NCBI GenBank assembly: GCA_964016885.1
Contig: OZ024742.1
Coordinates: 372,124,001 to 372,188,000, forward strand
Length of the DNA stretch: 64,000 nt
Source of the DNA: Eledone cirrhosa
Taxonomy: Eukaryota
Direction: 5' to 3'
The translations under genes were made by a program, and so were the position numbers. The notes under the pieces are model-generated. The model was not told the DNA's origin. It made no database searches and saw only the letters and a list, made by a program, of their open reading frames with translations. This document shows, piece after piece, positions 1 to 18,100 of this stretch (position 1 is the stretch's first letter; each line of letters opens with the position of its first letter).

Positions 1-3000
1 ACAGTAATATATATACACTAGAAATACAGTAATATATATACACTAGAAATCCAGTAATATATATACACTAGAAATCCAGTAATATATATACACACTAGAA
101 ATACAGTAATATATATACACTAGAGATACAGTAATATATACACTAGAAATACAGTAATATATATACACTAGAAATACAGTAATATATATACACTAGGAAT
201 ACAGTAATATATATACACTAGAAATACAGTAATATATATACACTTGGAATACAGTAATATATATACATTAGAAATACAGTAATATATATACACTAGGAAT
301 AAAGTAATATATAGACTAGAAATACAATAATATATATACACTAGGAATACAGTAATATATATACACTAGGAATACAGTAATATATATACACTAGAAATAC
401 AGTAATATATATACACTAGAAATACAGTAATATATATACACTAGAAATACAGTAATATATACACTAGGAATACAGTAATATATATACACTAGGAATACAG
501 TAAAATATATACACTAGGAATACAGTAATATATATACACTAGAAATACAGTAATATATATACACTAGGAATACGGTAATATATACACTAGAAATACAGTA
601 ATATATATACACTAGAATTACAGTAATATATAGACTAGAAATACAATAATATATACACTAGAAATACAGTAATATATACACTAGAAATACAGTAATATAT
701 ACACTAGAAATACAATAATATATACACTAGAAATACAGTAATATATACACTAGGAATACAGTAATATATATATATACTAGAAATACAGTAATATATATAC
801 ACTAGTAATACAGTAATATATATATACACTAGAAATACAGTAATATATACACTAGAAACACAGTAATATATATACACTAGAAATACAGTAATATATATAC
901 ACGAGAAATACAGTAATATATACACTAGAAATACAGTAATATATATACACTAGAAATACAGTAATATATTCACTATAAACACAGTAATATATATACACTA
1001 GAAATACAGTAATATATATACACGAGAAATACAGTAATATATACACTAGAAATACAGTAATATATATACACTAGATATACAGTAATATATATACACTAGG
1101 AATACAGTAACATATATACACTAGAAATTCAGTAATATATATATATACTAGAAATACAGTAATATATATACACTAGAAATACAGTAATATATATACACTA
1201 GAAATACAGTAATATATACAGTAGAAAATCAGTAATATATACACTAGGAATACAGTAATATATATACACTAGAAATACAGTAATATATATACATTAGAAA
1301 TACAGTAATATATATACACTAGAAATCCAGTAATATATATACACACTAGAAATACAGTAATATATATACACTAGAGATACAGTAATATATACACTAGAAA
1401 TACAGTAATATATATACACTAGAAATACAGTAATATATATACACTAGGAATACAGTAATATATATACACTAGAAATACAGTAATATATTCACTATAAACA
1501 CAGTAATATATATACACTTGGAATACAGTAATATATATACACTAGAAATCCAGTAATATATATACACTAGAAATCCAGTAATATATATACACACTAGAAA
1601 TACAGTAATATATATACACTAGAGATACAGTAATATATATACACTAGAAACATAGTAATATATATACACTAGAAATACAGTAATATATATACACTAGAAA
1701 TACAATAATATATACACTAGAAATACAATAATATATACACTAGAAATACAGTAATATATACACTAGAAATACAGTAATATATATACACTTGAAATACAGT
1801 AATATATATACACTAGAAGTACAGTAATATATATACACTAGAAATACAGTAATATATACACTAGAAATACAGTAATATATACACTAGAAATACAGTAATA
1901 TATATACACTTGAAATACAGTAATATATATACACTAGAAGTACAGTAATATATATACACTAGAAATACAGCAATATATACACTAGAAATACAGTAGTATA
2001 TATACACTAGAAATACAGTCATATATATATACTAGAAATACAGTAATATATATATACACTAGAAATACAGTAATATATACACTAGGAATACAGTAATATA
2101 GATACACTAGAAATACAGTAATATATATACACTAGAGATACAGTAATATATATACACTAGAAATGCAGTAATATATATACACTAGAAATACAGTAATATA
2201 TATACACTAGGAATACAGTAATATATATACACTAGGAATACAGTAATATATATACACTAGGAATACAGTAATATATATATACACTAGAAATACAGTAATA
2301 TATACACTAGGAATACAGTAATATATATACTAGGAATACAGTAATATATATACACTAGGAATACAGTAATATATATACACTAGAAATGCAGTAATATATA
2401 TACACTAGAAATACAGTAATATATATACACTAGGAATACAGTAATATATATACACTAGGAATACAGTAATATATATACACTAGGAATACAGTAATATATA
2501 TACACTAGGAATACAGTAATATATATACACTAGAAATACAGTAATATATATACACTAGAAATACAGTAATATAATACACTAGGAATACAGTAATATATAT
2601 ACATGGGAAATACAGTAATATATACACTAGAAATACAGTAATATATATACACTAGAAATACAGTAATATATATACACTAGAGATACAGTAATATATACAC
2701 TAGATATACAGTAATATATACACTAGGAATACAGTAATATATATACACTAGAAATACAGCAATATGTATACACGAGAAATACAGTAATATATACACTAGA
2801 AATACAGTAATATATATACACTAGGAATACAGTAATATATACACTAGAAATACAGTAATATATATACACTAGAGATACAGTAATATATATACACTAGAAA
2901 TACAGTAATATATACACTAGAAATACAGTAATATATACACTAGAAATATAGTAATATATATACACTAGGAATACAGTAATATATATACACTAGAAATACA

Positions 3001-5030
3001 GTAATATATATACACTGGAAATACAGTAATATATATACACTAGAAATACAGTAATATATACACTAGAAATACAGTAATATATATACACTAGAAATACAGT
3101 AATATATACACTAGGAATACAGTAATATATATACACTAGAAATACAGTAATATATATAGATGAGAAATACAGTAATATATATACACTAGAAATACAGTAA
3201 TATATACACTAGAAATACAGTAATATATATACACTAGAAATACAGTAATATATATACACTAGGAATACAGTAATATATATACACTAGAAATACAGTAATA
3301 TATATACACTTGGAATACAGTAATATATATACACTAGAAATACAGTAATATATATACACTAGGAATAAAGTAATATATAGACTAGAAATACAGTAATATA
3401 TATACACTAGGAATACAGTAATATATATACACTAGGAATACAGTAATATATATACACTAGAAATACAGTAATATATATATACACTAGGAATACAGTAATA
3501 TATATACACTAGAAATACAGTAATATATATATATACTAGAAATACAGTAATATATATACACTAGAAATACAGTAATATATATACACTAGAAATACAGTAA
3601 TATATACAGTAGAAAATCAGTAATATATACACTAGTAATACAGTAATATATATACACTAGAAATACAGTAATATATATACACTAGAAATACAGTAATATA
3701 TATACACACTAGAAATACAGTAATATATATACACTAGAAATACAGTAATATATACAGTAGAAAATCAGTAATATATACACTAGGAATACAGTAATATATA
3801 TACACTAGAAATACAGTAATATATATACACTAGAAATCCAGTAATATATATACACTAGAAATCCAGTAATATATATACACACTAGAAATACAGTAATATA
3901 TATACACTAGAGATACAGTAATATATACACTAGAAATACAGTAATATATATACACTAGAAATACAGTAATATATATACACTAGGAATACAGTAATATATA
4001 TACACTAGAAATACAGTAATATATATACACTTGGAATACAGTAATATATATACATTAGAAATACAGTAATATATATACACTAGGAATAAAGTAATATATA
4101 GACTAGAAATACAGTAATATATATACACTAGGAATACAGTAATATATATACACTAGGAATACAGTAATATATATACACTAGAAATACAGTAATATATATA
4201 CACTAGAAATACAGTAATATATATACACTAGAAATACAGTAATATATATACACTAGAAATACAGTAATATATACACTAGGAATACAGTAATATATATACA
4301 CTAGGAATACAGTAAAATATATACACTAGGAATACAGTAATATATATACACTAGAAATACAGTAATATATATACACTAGGAATACGGTAATATATACACT
4401 AGAAATACAGTAATATATATACACTAGAAATACAGTAATATATAGACTAGAAATACAATAATATATACACTAGAAATACAGTAATATATACACTAGAAAT
4501 ACAGTAATATATACACTAGAAATACAATAATATATACACTAGAAATACAGTAATATATACACTAGGAATACAGTAATATATATATATACTAGAAATACAG
4601 TAATATATATACACTAGTAATACAGTAATATATATATACACTAGAAATACAGTAATATATACACTAGAAACACAGTAATATATATACACTAGAAATACAG
4701 TAATATATATACACGAGAAATACAGTAATATATACACTAGAAATACAGTAATATATATACACTAGAAATACAGTAATATATTCACTATAAACACAGTAAT
4801 ATATATACACTAGAAATACAGTAATATATATACACGAGAAATACAGTAATATATACACTAGAAATACAGTAATATATATACACTAGATATACAGTAATAT
4901 ATATACACTAGGAATACAGTAACATATATACACTAGAAATTCAGTAATATATATATATACTAGAAATACAGTAATATATATACACTAGAAATACAGTAAT
5001 ATATATACACTAGAAATACAGTAATATATA
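1..5030. repeat. Higher-order repeat turn: ~1-1220 recurs at ~3790-5030 (offset 3787-3812 bp)
   Basis: Identical ORF-track peptides at 704 and 4516 and at 852 and 4664 (offset 3812). cattag at 266 and 4053 (offset 3787, one monomer less). Confidence 0.85.
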
Positions 5031-5481
5031 CAGTAGGAATACAGTAATATATATACACTAGAAATACAGTAATATATATACACTAGAAATCCAGTAATAT
5101 ATATACACTAGAAATCCAGTAATATATATACACACTAGAAATACAGTAATATATATACACTAGAGATACAGTAATATATACACTAGAAATACAGTAATAT
5201 ATATACACTAGAAATACAGTAATATATATACACTAGGAATACAGTAATATATATACACTAGAAATACAGTAATATATATACACTTGGAATACAGTAATAT
5301 ATATACACTAGAAATACAGTAATATATATACACTAGGAATAAAGTAATATATAGACTAGAAATACAGTAATATATATACACTAGGAATACAGTAATATAT
5401 ATACACTAGGAATACAGTAATATATATACACTAGAAATACAGTAATATATATACACTAGGAATACAGTAATATATATACAC

Positions 5482-8400
5482 TAGAAATACAGTAATATAT
5501 ATACACGAGAAATACAGTAATATATACACTAGAAATACAGTAATATATATACACTAGAGATACAGTAATATATATACACTAGAAATACAGTAATACATAC
5601 ACTAGAAATACAGTAATATATACACTCGAAATACAGTAATATATACACTAGAAATACAGTAATATATATACACTAGAAATACAGTAATATATATACACTA
5701 GAAATACAGTAATATATATACACTAGAAATACAATAATATATACACTAGAAATACAGTAATATATACACTAGAAATACAGTAATATATATACACTTGAAA
5801 TACAGTAATATATATACACTAGAAGTACAGTAATATATATACACTAGAAATACAGCAATATATACACTAGAAATACAGTAATATATATACACTAGAAATA
5901 CAGTCATATATATATACTAGAAATACAGTAATATATATATACACTAGAAATATAGTAATATACACACTAGGAATACAGTAATATATATACACTAGGAATA
6001 CAGTAATATATATACACTAGGAATACAGTAATATATATACACTAGAAATGCAGTAATATATATACACTAGAAATACAGTAATATATATACACTAGGAATA
6101 CAGTAATATATATACACTAGGAATACAGTAATATATATACACTAGGAATACAGTAATATATATACACTAGGAATACAGTAATATATATACACTTGAAATA
6201 CAGTAATATATATACACTAGAAATACAGTAATATAATACACTAGGAATACAGTAATATATATACATGGGAAATACAGTAATATATACACTAGAAATACAG
6301 TAATATATATACACTAGAAATACAGTAATATATATACACTAGAGATACAGTAATATATACACTAGATATACAGTAATATATACACTAGATATACAGTAAT
6401 ATATACACTAGGAATACAGTAATATATATACACTAGAAATACAGTAATATATATACACTAGGAATACAGTAATATATATACACTAGGAATACAGTAATAT
6501 ATATACACTAGAAATACGGTAATATATATACACTAGAAATACAGTAATATATATACACTAGAAATACAGTAATATATATACACTAGAAATACAGTAATAT
6601 ATATATACACTAGAAATACAGTAATATATACACTAGGAATACAGTAATATATATACACTAGGAATACAGTAATATATATACACTAGGAATACAGTAATAT
6701 ATATACACTAGAAATGCAGTAATATATATACACTAGGAATACAGTAATATATATACACTAGCAATACAGTAATATATATACACTAGAAATACAGTAATAT
6801 ATATACACTAGGAATACAATAATATATATACACTAGAAATACTGTAAGATATATAAACTAGAAATACAGTAAATATATACACTAGAAATACAGTAATATA
6901 TACACACCAGAAATACAGTAATATATATACACTAGGAATACAGATATATATATACACTAGGAATACAGTAATATATATACACTAGAAATACAGCAATATA
7001 TATACACGAGAAATACAGTAATATATACACTAGAAATACAGTAATATATATACACTAGGAATACAGTAATATATACACTAGAAATACAGTAATATATATA
7101 CACTAGAGATACAGTAATATATATACACTAGAAATACAGTAATATATACACTAGAAATACAGTAATATATACACTAGAAATATAGTAATATATATACACT
7201 AGGAATACAGTAATATATATACACTAGAAATACAGTAATATATATACACTGGAAATACAGTAATATATATACCCTAGAAATACAGTAATATATATACACT
7301 AGAAATACAGTAATATATATACCCTAGAAATACAGTAATATATATACACGAGAAATACAGTAATATATACACTAGAAATACAGTAATATATATACACTAG
7401 AGATACAGTAATATATATACACTAGAAATACAGTAATACATACACTAGAAATACAGTAATATATACACTCGAAATACAGTAATATATACACTAGAAATAC
7501 AGTAATATATATACACTAGAAATACAGTAATATATATACACTAGAAATACAGTAATATATATACACTAGAAATACAATAATATATACACTAGAAATACAG
7601 TAATATATACACTAGAAATACAGTAATATATATACACTTGAAATACAGTAATATATATACACTAGAAGTACAGTAATATATATACACTAGAAATACAGCA
7701 ATATATACACTAGAAATACAGTAATATATATACACTAGAAATACAGTCATATATATATACTAGAAATACAGTAATATATATATACACTAGAAATATAGTA
7801 ATATATACACTAGGAATACAGTAATATATATACACTAGGAATACAGTAATATATATACACTAGGAATACAGTAATATATATACACTAGAAATGCAGTAAT
7901 ATATATACACTAGAAATACAGTAATATATATACACTAGGAATACAGTAATATATATACACTAGGAATACAGTAATATATATACACTAGGAATACAGTAAT
8001 ATATATACACTAGGAATACAGTAATATATATACACTTGAAATACAGTAATATATATACACTAGAAATACAGTAATATAATACACTAGGAATACAGTAATA
8101 TATATACATGGGAAATACAGTAATATATACACTAGAAATACAGTAATATATATACACTAGAAATACAGTAATATATATACACTAGAGATACAGTAATATA
8201 TACACTAGATATACAGTAATATATACACTAGATATACAGTAATATATACACTAGGAATACAGTAATATATATACACTAGAAATACAGTAATATATATACA
8301 CTAGGAATACAGTAATATATATACACTAGGAATACAGTAATATATATACACTAGAAATACGGTAATATATATACACTAGAAATACAGTAATATATATACA

Positions 8401-9188
8401 CTAGAAATACAGTAATATATATACACTAGAAATACAGTAATATATATATACACTAGAAATACAGTAATATATACACTAGGAATACAGTAATATATATACA
8501 CTAGGAATACAGTAATATATATACACTAGGAATACAGTAATATATATACACTAGAAATGCAGTAATATATATACACTAGGAATACAGTAATATATATACA
8601 CTAGCAATACAGTAATATATATACACTAGAAATACAGTAATATATATACACTAGGAATACAATAATATATATACACTAGAAATACTGTAAGATATATAAA
8701 CTAGAAATACAGTAAATATATACACTAGAAATACAGTAATATATACACACCAGAAATACAGTAATATATATACACTAGGAATACAGATATATATATACAC
8801 TAGGAATACAGTAATATATATACACTAGAAATACAGCAATATATATACACGAGAAATACAGTAATATATACACTAGAAATACAGTAATATATATACACTA
8901 GGAATACAGTAATATATACACTAGAAATACAGTAATATATATACACTAGAGATACAGTAATATATATACACTAGAAATACAGTAATATATACACTAGAAA
9001 TACAGTAATATATACACTAGAAATATAGTAATATATATACACTAGGAATACAGTAATATATATACACTAGAAATACAGTAATATATATACACTGGAAATA
9101 CAGTAATATATATACCCTAGAAATACAGTAATATATATACACTAGAAATACAGTAATATATATACCCTAGAAATACAGTAATATATAT
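5482..9188. repeat. Tandem duplication, period 1843 bp
   Basis: Markers at constant offset 1843: cacgag 5504/7347, catac 5596/7439, catggg 6264/8107, accct 7321/9164, ORFs 6117/7960. Confidence 0.93.
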
Positions 9189-12100
9189 ACACTAGAAATA
9201 CAGTAATATATACACTAGAAATACAGTAATATATATACACTAGAAATACAGTAATATATACACTAGGAATACAGTAATATATATACACTAGAAATACAGT
9301 AATATATATAGATGAGAAATACAGTAATATATATACACTAGAAATACAGTAATATATACACTAGAAATACAGTAATATATATACACTAGAAATACAGTAA
9401 TATATATACACTAGGAATACAGTAATATATATACACTAGAAATACAGTAATATATATACACTTGGAATACAGTAATATATATACACTAGAAATACAGTAA
9501 TATATATACACTAGGAATAAAGTAATATATAGACTAGAAATACAGTAATATATATACACTAGGAATACAGTAATATATATACACTAGGAATACAGTAATA
9601 TATATACACTAGAAATACAGTAATATATATACACTAGGAATACAGTAATATATATACACTAGAAATACAGTAATATATATATATATACTAGAAATACAGT
9701 AATATATATACACTAGAAATACAGTAATATATATACACTAGAAATACAGTAATATATACAGTAGAAAATCAGTAATATATACACTAGGAATACAGTAATA
9801 TATATACACTAGAAATACAGTAATATATATACACTAGAAATACAGTAATATATATACACTAGAAATCCAGTATATATATACACACTAGAAATACAGTAAT
9901 ATATATACACTAGAGATACAGTAATATATACACTAGAAATACAGTAATATATATACACTAGAAATACAGTAATATATATACACTAGGAATACAGTAATAT
10001 ATATACACTAGAAATACAGTAATATATATACACTAGGAATACAGTAATATATATACACTAGAAATACAGTAATATATATACACTAGGAATAAAGTAATAT
10101 ATAGACTAGAAATACAGTAATATATATACACTAGGAATACAGTAATATATATACACTAGGAATACAGTAATATATATACACTAGAAATACAGTAATATAT
10201 ATACACTAGAAATACAGTAATATATATACACTAGAAATACAGTAATATATACACTAGGAATACAGTAATATATATACACTAGGAATACAGTAAAATATAT
10301 ACACTAGGAATACAGTAATATATATACACTAGAAATACAGTAATATATATACACTAGGAATACGGTAATATATACACTAGAAATACAGTAATATATATAC
10401 ACTAGAAATACAGTAATATATAGACAAGAAATACAGTAATATATACACTAGAAATACAGTAATATATACACTAGAAATACAGTAATATATACACTAGAAA
10501 TACAGTAATATATACACTAGAAATACAATAATATATACACTAGAAATACAGTAATATATACACTAGGAATACAGTAATATATATATATACTAGAAATACA
10601 GTAATATATATACACTAGTAATACAGTAATATATATATACACTAGAAATACAGTAATATATACACTAGAAACACAGTAATATATATACACTAGAAATACA
10701 GTAATATATATACACGAGAAATACAGTAATATATACACTAGAAATACAGTAATATATATACACTAGAAATACAGTAATATATTCACTATAAACACAGTAA
10801 TATATATACACTAGAAATACAGTAATATATATACACGAGAAATACAGTAATATATACACTAGAAATACAGTAATATATATACACTAGATATACAGTAATA
10901 TATATACACTAGGAATACAGTAACATATATACACTAGAAATTCAGTAATATATATATATACTAGAAATACAGTAATATATATACACTAGAAATACAGTAA
11001 TATATATACACTAGAAATACAGTAATATATACAGTAGAAAATCAGTAATATATACACTAGGAATACAGTAATATATATACACTAGAAATACAGTAATATA
11101 TATACACTAGAAATCCAGTAATATATATACACTAGAAATCCAGTAATATATATACACACTAGAAATACAGTAATATATATACACTAGAGATACAGTAATA
11201 TATACACTAGAAATACAGTAATATATACACACTAGAAATACAGTAATATATATACACTAGGAATACAGTAATATATATACACTAGAAATACAGTAATATA
11301 TTCACTATAAACACAGTAATATATATACACTTGGAATACAGTAATATATATACACTAGAAATACAGTAATATATATACACTAGGAATAAAGTAATATATA
11401 GACTAGAAATACAGTAATATATATACACTAGGAATACAGTAATATATATACACTAGGAATACAGTAATATATATACACTAGAAATACAGTAATATATATA
11501 CACTAGGAATACAGTAATATATATACACTAGAAATACAGTAATATATATATATACTAGAAATACAGTAATATATATACACTAGAAATACAGTAATATATA
11601 TACACTAGAAATACAGTAATATATACAGTAGAAAATCAGTAATATATACACTAGGAATACAGTAATATATATACACTAGAAATACAGTAATATATATACA
11701 CTAGAAATACAGTAATATATATACACTAGAAATCCAGTAATATATATACACACTAGAAATACAGTAATATATATACACTAGAAATACAGTAATATATACA
11801 GTAGAAAATCAGTAATATATACACTAGGAATACAGTAATATATATACACTAGAAATACAGTAATATATATACACTAGAAATCCAGTAATATATATACACT
11901 AGAAATCCAGTAATATATATACACACTAGAAATACAGTAATATATATACACTAGAGATACAGTAATATATACACTAGAAATACAGTAATATATATACACT
12001 AGAAATACAGTAATATATATACACTAGGAATACAGTAATATATATACACTAGAAATACAGTAATATATATACACTTGGAATACAGTAATATATATACACT

Positions 12101-15100
12101 AGAAATACAGTAATATATATACACTAGGAATAAAGTAATATATAGACTAGAAATACAGTAATATATATACACTAGGAATACAGTAATATATATATACTAG
12201 GAATACAGTAATATATATACACTAGAAATACAGTAATATATATACACTAGGAATACAGTAATATATATACACTAGAAATACAGTAATATATATACACGAG
12301 AAATACAGTAATATATACACTAGAAATACAGTAATATATATACACTAGGAATACAGTAATATATACACTAGAAATACAGTAATATATATACACTAGAGAT
12401 ACAGTAATATATATACACTAGAAATACAGTAATACATACACTAGAAATACAGTAATATATACACTCGAAATACAGTAATATATACACTAGAAATACAGTA
12501 ATATATATACACTAGAAATACAGTAATATATATACACTAGAAATACAGTAATATATATACACTAGAAATACAATAATATATACACTAGAAATACAGTAAT
12601 ATATACACTAGAAATACAGTAATATATATACACTTGAAATACAGTAATATATATACACTAGAAGTACAGTAATATATATACACTAGAAATACAGTAATAT
12701 ATACACTAGAAATACAGTAATATATACACTAGAAATACAGTAATATATATACACTTGAAATACAGTAATATATATATACACTAGAAGTACAGTAATATAT
12801 ATACACTAGAAATACAGCAATATATACACTAGAAATACAGTAATATATATACACTAGAAATACAGTCATATATATATACTAGAAATACAGTAATATATAT
12901 ATACACTAGAAATACAGTAATATATACACTAGGAATACAGTAATATATATACACTAGGAATACAGTAATATATATACACTTGGAATACAGTAATATATAT
13001 ACACTAGAAATGCAGTAATATATATACACTAGAAATACAGTAATATATATACACTAGGAATACAGTAATATATATACACTAGGAATACAGTAATATATAT
13101 ACACTAGGAATACAGTAATATATATACACTAGGAATACAGTAATATATATACACTAGAAATACAGTAATATATATACACTAGAAATACAGTAATATATAT
13201 ACACTAGAGATACAGTAATATATACACTAGATATACAGTAATATATACACTAGATATACGGTAATATATACACTAGGAATACAGTAATATATATACACTA
13301 GAAATACAGTAATATATATACACTAGAAATACGGTAATATATATACACTAGAAATACAGTAATATATATACACTAGAAATACAGTAATATATATACACTA
13401 GAAATACAGTAATATATATATATACACTAGAAATACAGTAATATATACACTAGGAATACAGTAATATATATACACTAGGAATACAGTAATATATATACAC
13501 TAGGAATACAGTAATATATATACACTAGAAATGCAGTAATATATATACACTAGGAATACAGTAATATATATACACTAGCAATACAGTAATATATATACAC
13601 TAGAAATACAGTAATATATATACACTAGAAATACTGTAAGATATATAAACTAGAAATACAGTAAATATATACACTTGAAATACAGTAATATATACACACC
13701 AGAAATACAGTAATATATATACACTAGGAATACAGATATATATATACACTAGGAATACAGTAATATATATACACTAGAAATACAGCAATATATATACACG
13801 AGAAATACAGTAATATATACACTAGAAATACAGTAATATATATACACTAGGAATACAGTAATATATACACTAGAAATACAGTAATATATATACACTAGAG
13901 ATACAGTAATATATATACACTAGAAATACAGTAATATATACACTAGAAATACAGTAATATATACACTAGAAATATAGTAATATATATACACTAGGAATAC
14001 AGTAATATATATACACTAGAAATACAGTAATATATATACACTGGAAATACAGTAATATATATACCCTAGAAATACAGTAATATATATACACTAGAAATAC
14101 AGTAATATATATACCCTAGAAATACAGTAATATATATACACTAGAAATACAGTAATATATACACTAGAAATACAGTAATATATATACACTAGAAATACAG
14201 TAATATATACACTAGGAATACAGTAATATATATACACTAGAAATACAGTAATATATATAGATGAGAAATACAGTAATATATATACACTAGAAATACAGTA
14301 ATATATACACTAGAAATACAGTAATATATATACACTAGAAATACAGTAATATATATACACTAGGAATACAGTAATATATATACACTAGAAATACAGTAAT
14401 ATATATACACTTGGAATACAGTAATATATATACACTAGAAATACAGTAATATATATACACTAGGAATAAAGTAATATATAGACTAGAAATACAGTAATAT
14501 ATATACACTAGGAATACAGTAATATATATACACTAGGAATACAGTAATATATATACACTAGAAATACAGTAATATATATACACTAGGAATACAGTAATAT
14601 ATATACACTAGAAATACAGTAATATATATATATACTAGAAATACAGTAATATATATACACTAGAAATACAGTAATATATATACACTAGAAATACAGTAAT
14701 ATATACAGTAGAAAATCAGTAATATATACACTAGGAATACAGTAATATATATACACTAGAAATACAGTAATATATATACACTAGAAATACAGTAATATAT
14801 ATACACTAGAAATCCAGTAATATATATACACACTAGAAATACAGTAATATATATACACTAGAAATACAGTAATATATACAGTAGAAAATCAGTAATATAT
14901 ACACTAGGAATACAGTAATATATATACACTAGAAATACAGTAATATATATACACTAGAAATCCAGTAATATATATACACTAGAAATCCAGTAATATATAT
15001 ACACACTAGAAATACAGTAATATATATACACTAGAGATACAGTAATATATACACTAGAAATACAGTAATATATATACACTAGAAATACAGTAATATATAT

Positions 15101-18100
15101 ACACTAGGAATACAGTAATATATATACACTAGAAATACAGTAATATATATACACTTGGAATACAGTAATATATATACATTAGAAATACAGTAATATATAT
15201 ACACTAGGAATAAAGTAATATATAGACTAGAAATACAGTAATATATATACACTAGGAATACAGTAATATATATACACTAGGAATACAGTAATATATATAC
15301 ACTAGAAATACAGTAATATATATACACTAGGAATACAGTAATATATATACACTAGAAATACAGTAATATATATACACGAGAAATACAGTAATATATACAC
15401 TAGAAATACAGTAATATATATACACTAGGAATACAGTAATATATACACTAGAAATACAGTAATATATATACACTAGAGATACAGTAATATATATACACTA
15501 GAAATACAGTAATACATACACTAGAAATACAGTAATATATACACTCGAAATACAGTAATATATACACTAGAAATACAGTAATATATATACACTAGAAACA
15601 CAGTAATATATATACACTAGAAATACAGTAATATATATACACTAGAAATACAATAATATATACACTAGAAATACAGTAATATATACACTAGAAATACAGT
15701 AATATATATACACTTGAAATACAGTAATATATATACACTAGAAGTACAGTAATATATATACACTAGAAATACAGTAATATATACACTAGAAATACAGTAA
15801 TATATACACTAGAAATACAGTAATATATATACACTTGAAATACAGTAATATATATACACTAGAAGTACAGTAATATATATACACCAGAAATACAGCAATA
15901 TATACACTAGAAATACAGTAATATATATACACTAGAAATACAGTCATATATATATACTAGAAATACAGTAATATATATATACACTAGAAATACAGTAATA
16001 TATACACTAGGAATACAGTAATATATATACACTAGGAATACAGTAATATATATACACTAGGAATACAGTAATATATATACACTAGAAATGCAGTAATATA
16101 TATACACTAGAAATACAGTAATATATATACACTAGGAATACAGTAATATATATACACTAGGAATAGAGTAATATATATACACTAGGAATACAGTAATATA
16201 TATACACTAGGAATACAGTAATATATATACACTAGAAATACAGTAATATATATACACTAGAAATACAGTAATATAATACACTAGGAATACAGTAATATAT
16301 ATACATGGGAAATACAGTAATATATACACTAGAAATACAGTAATATATATACACTAGAAATACAGTAATATATATACACTAGAGATACAGTAATATATAC
16401 ACTAGATATACAGTAATATATACACTAGATATACAGTAATATATACACTAGGAATACAGTAATATATATACACTAGAAATACAGTAATATATATACACTA
16501 GGAATACAGTAATATATATACACTAGGAATACAGTAATATATATACACTAGAAATACGGTAATATATATACACTAGAAATACAGTAATATATATACACTA
16601 GAAATACAGTAATATATATACACTAGAAATACAGTAATATATATATATACTAGAAATACAGTAATATATATACACTAGAAATACAGTAATATATATACAC
16701 TAGAAATACAGTAATATATACAGTAGAAAATCAGTAATATATACACTAGGAATACAGTAATATATATACACTAGAAATACAGTAATATATATACACTAGA
16801 AATACAGTAATATATATACACACTAGAAATACAGTAATATATATACACTAGAAATACAGTAATATATACAGTAGAAAATCAGTAATATATACACTAGGAA
16901 TACAGTAATATATATACACTAGAAATACAGTAATATATATACACTAGAAATCCAGTAATATATATACACTAGAAATCCAGTAATATATATACACACTAGA
17001 AATACAGTAATATATATACACTAGAGATACAGTAATATATACACTAGAAATACAATAATATATATACACTAGAAATACAGTAATATATATACACTAGGAA
17101 TACAGTAATATATATACACTAGAAATACAGTAATATATATACACTTGGAATACAGTAATATATATACATTAGAAATACAGTAATATATATACACTAGGAA
17201 TACAGTAATATATATACACTAGGAATACAGTAATATATATACACTAGAAATACAGTAATATATATACACTAGAAATACAGTAATATATATACACTAGAAA
17301 TACAGTAATATATATACACTAGAAATACAGTAATATATACACTAGGAATACAGTAATATATATACACTAGGAATACAGTAAAATATATACACTAGGAATA
17401 CAGTAATATATATACACTAGAAATACAGTAATATATATACACTAGGAATACGGTAATATATACACTAGAAATACAGTACTATATATACACTAGAAATACA
17501 GTAATATATAGACTAGAAATACAATAATATATACACTAGAAATACAGTAATATATACACTAGAAATACAGTAATATATACACTAGAAATACAATAATATA
17601 TACACTAGAAATACAGTAATATATACACTAGGAATACAGTAATATATATATATACTAGAAATACAGTAATATATATACACTAGTAATAAAGTAATATATA
17701 TATACACTAGAAATACAGTAATATATACACTAGAAACACAGTAATATATATACACTAGAAATACAGTAATATATATACACGAGAAATACAGTAATATATA
17801 CACTAGAAATACAGTAATATATATACACTAGAAATACAGTAATATATTCACTATAAACACAGTAATATATATACACTAGAAATACAGTAATATATATACA
17901 CGAGAAATACAGTAATATATACACTAGAAATACAGTAATATATATACACTAGATATACAGTAATATATATACACTAGGAATACAGTAACATATATACACT
18001 AGAAATTCAGTAATATATATATATACTAGAAATACAGTAATATATATACACTAGAAATACAGTAATATATATACACTAGAAATACAGTAATATATACAGT

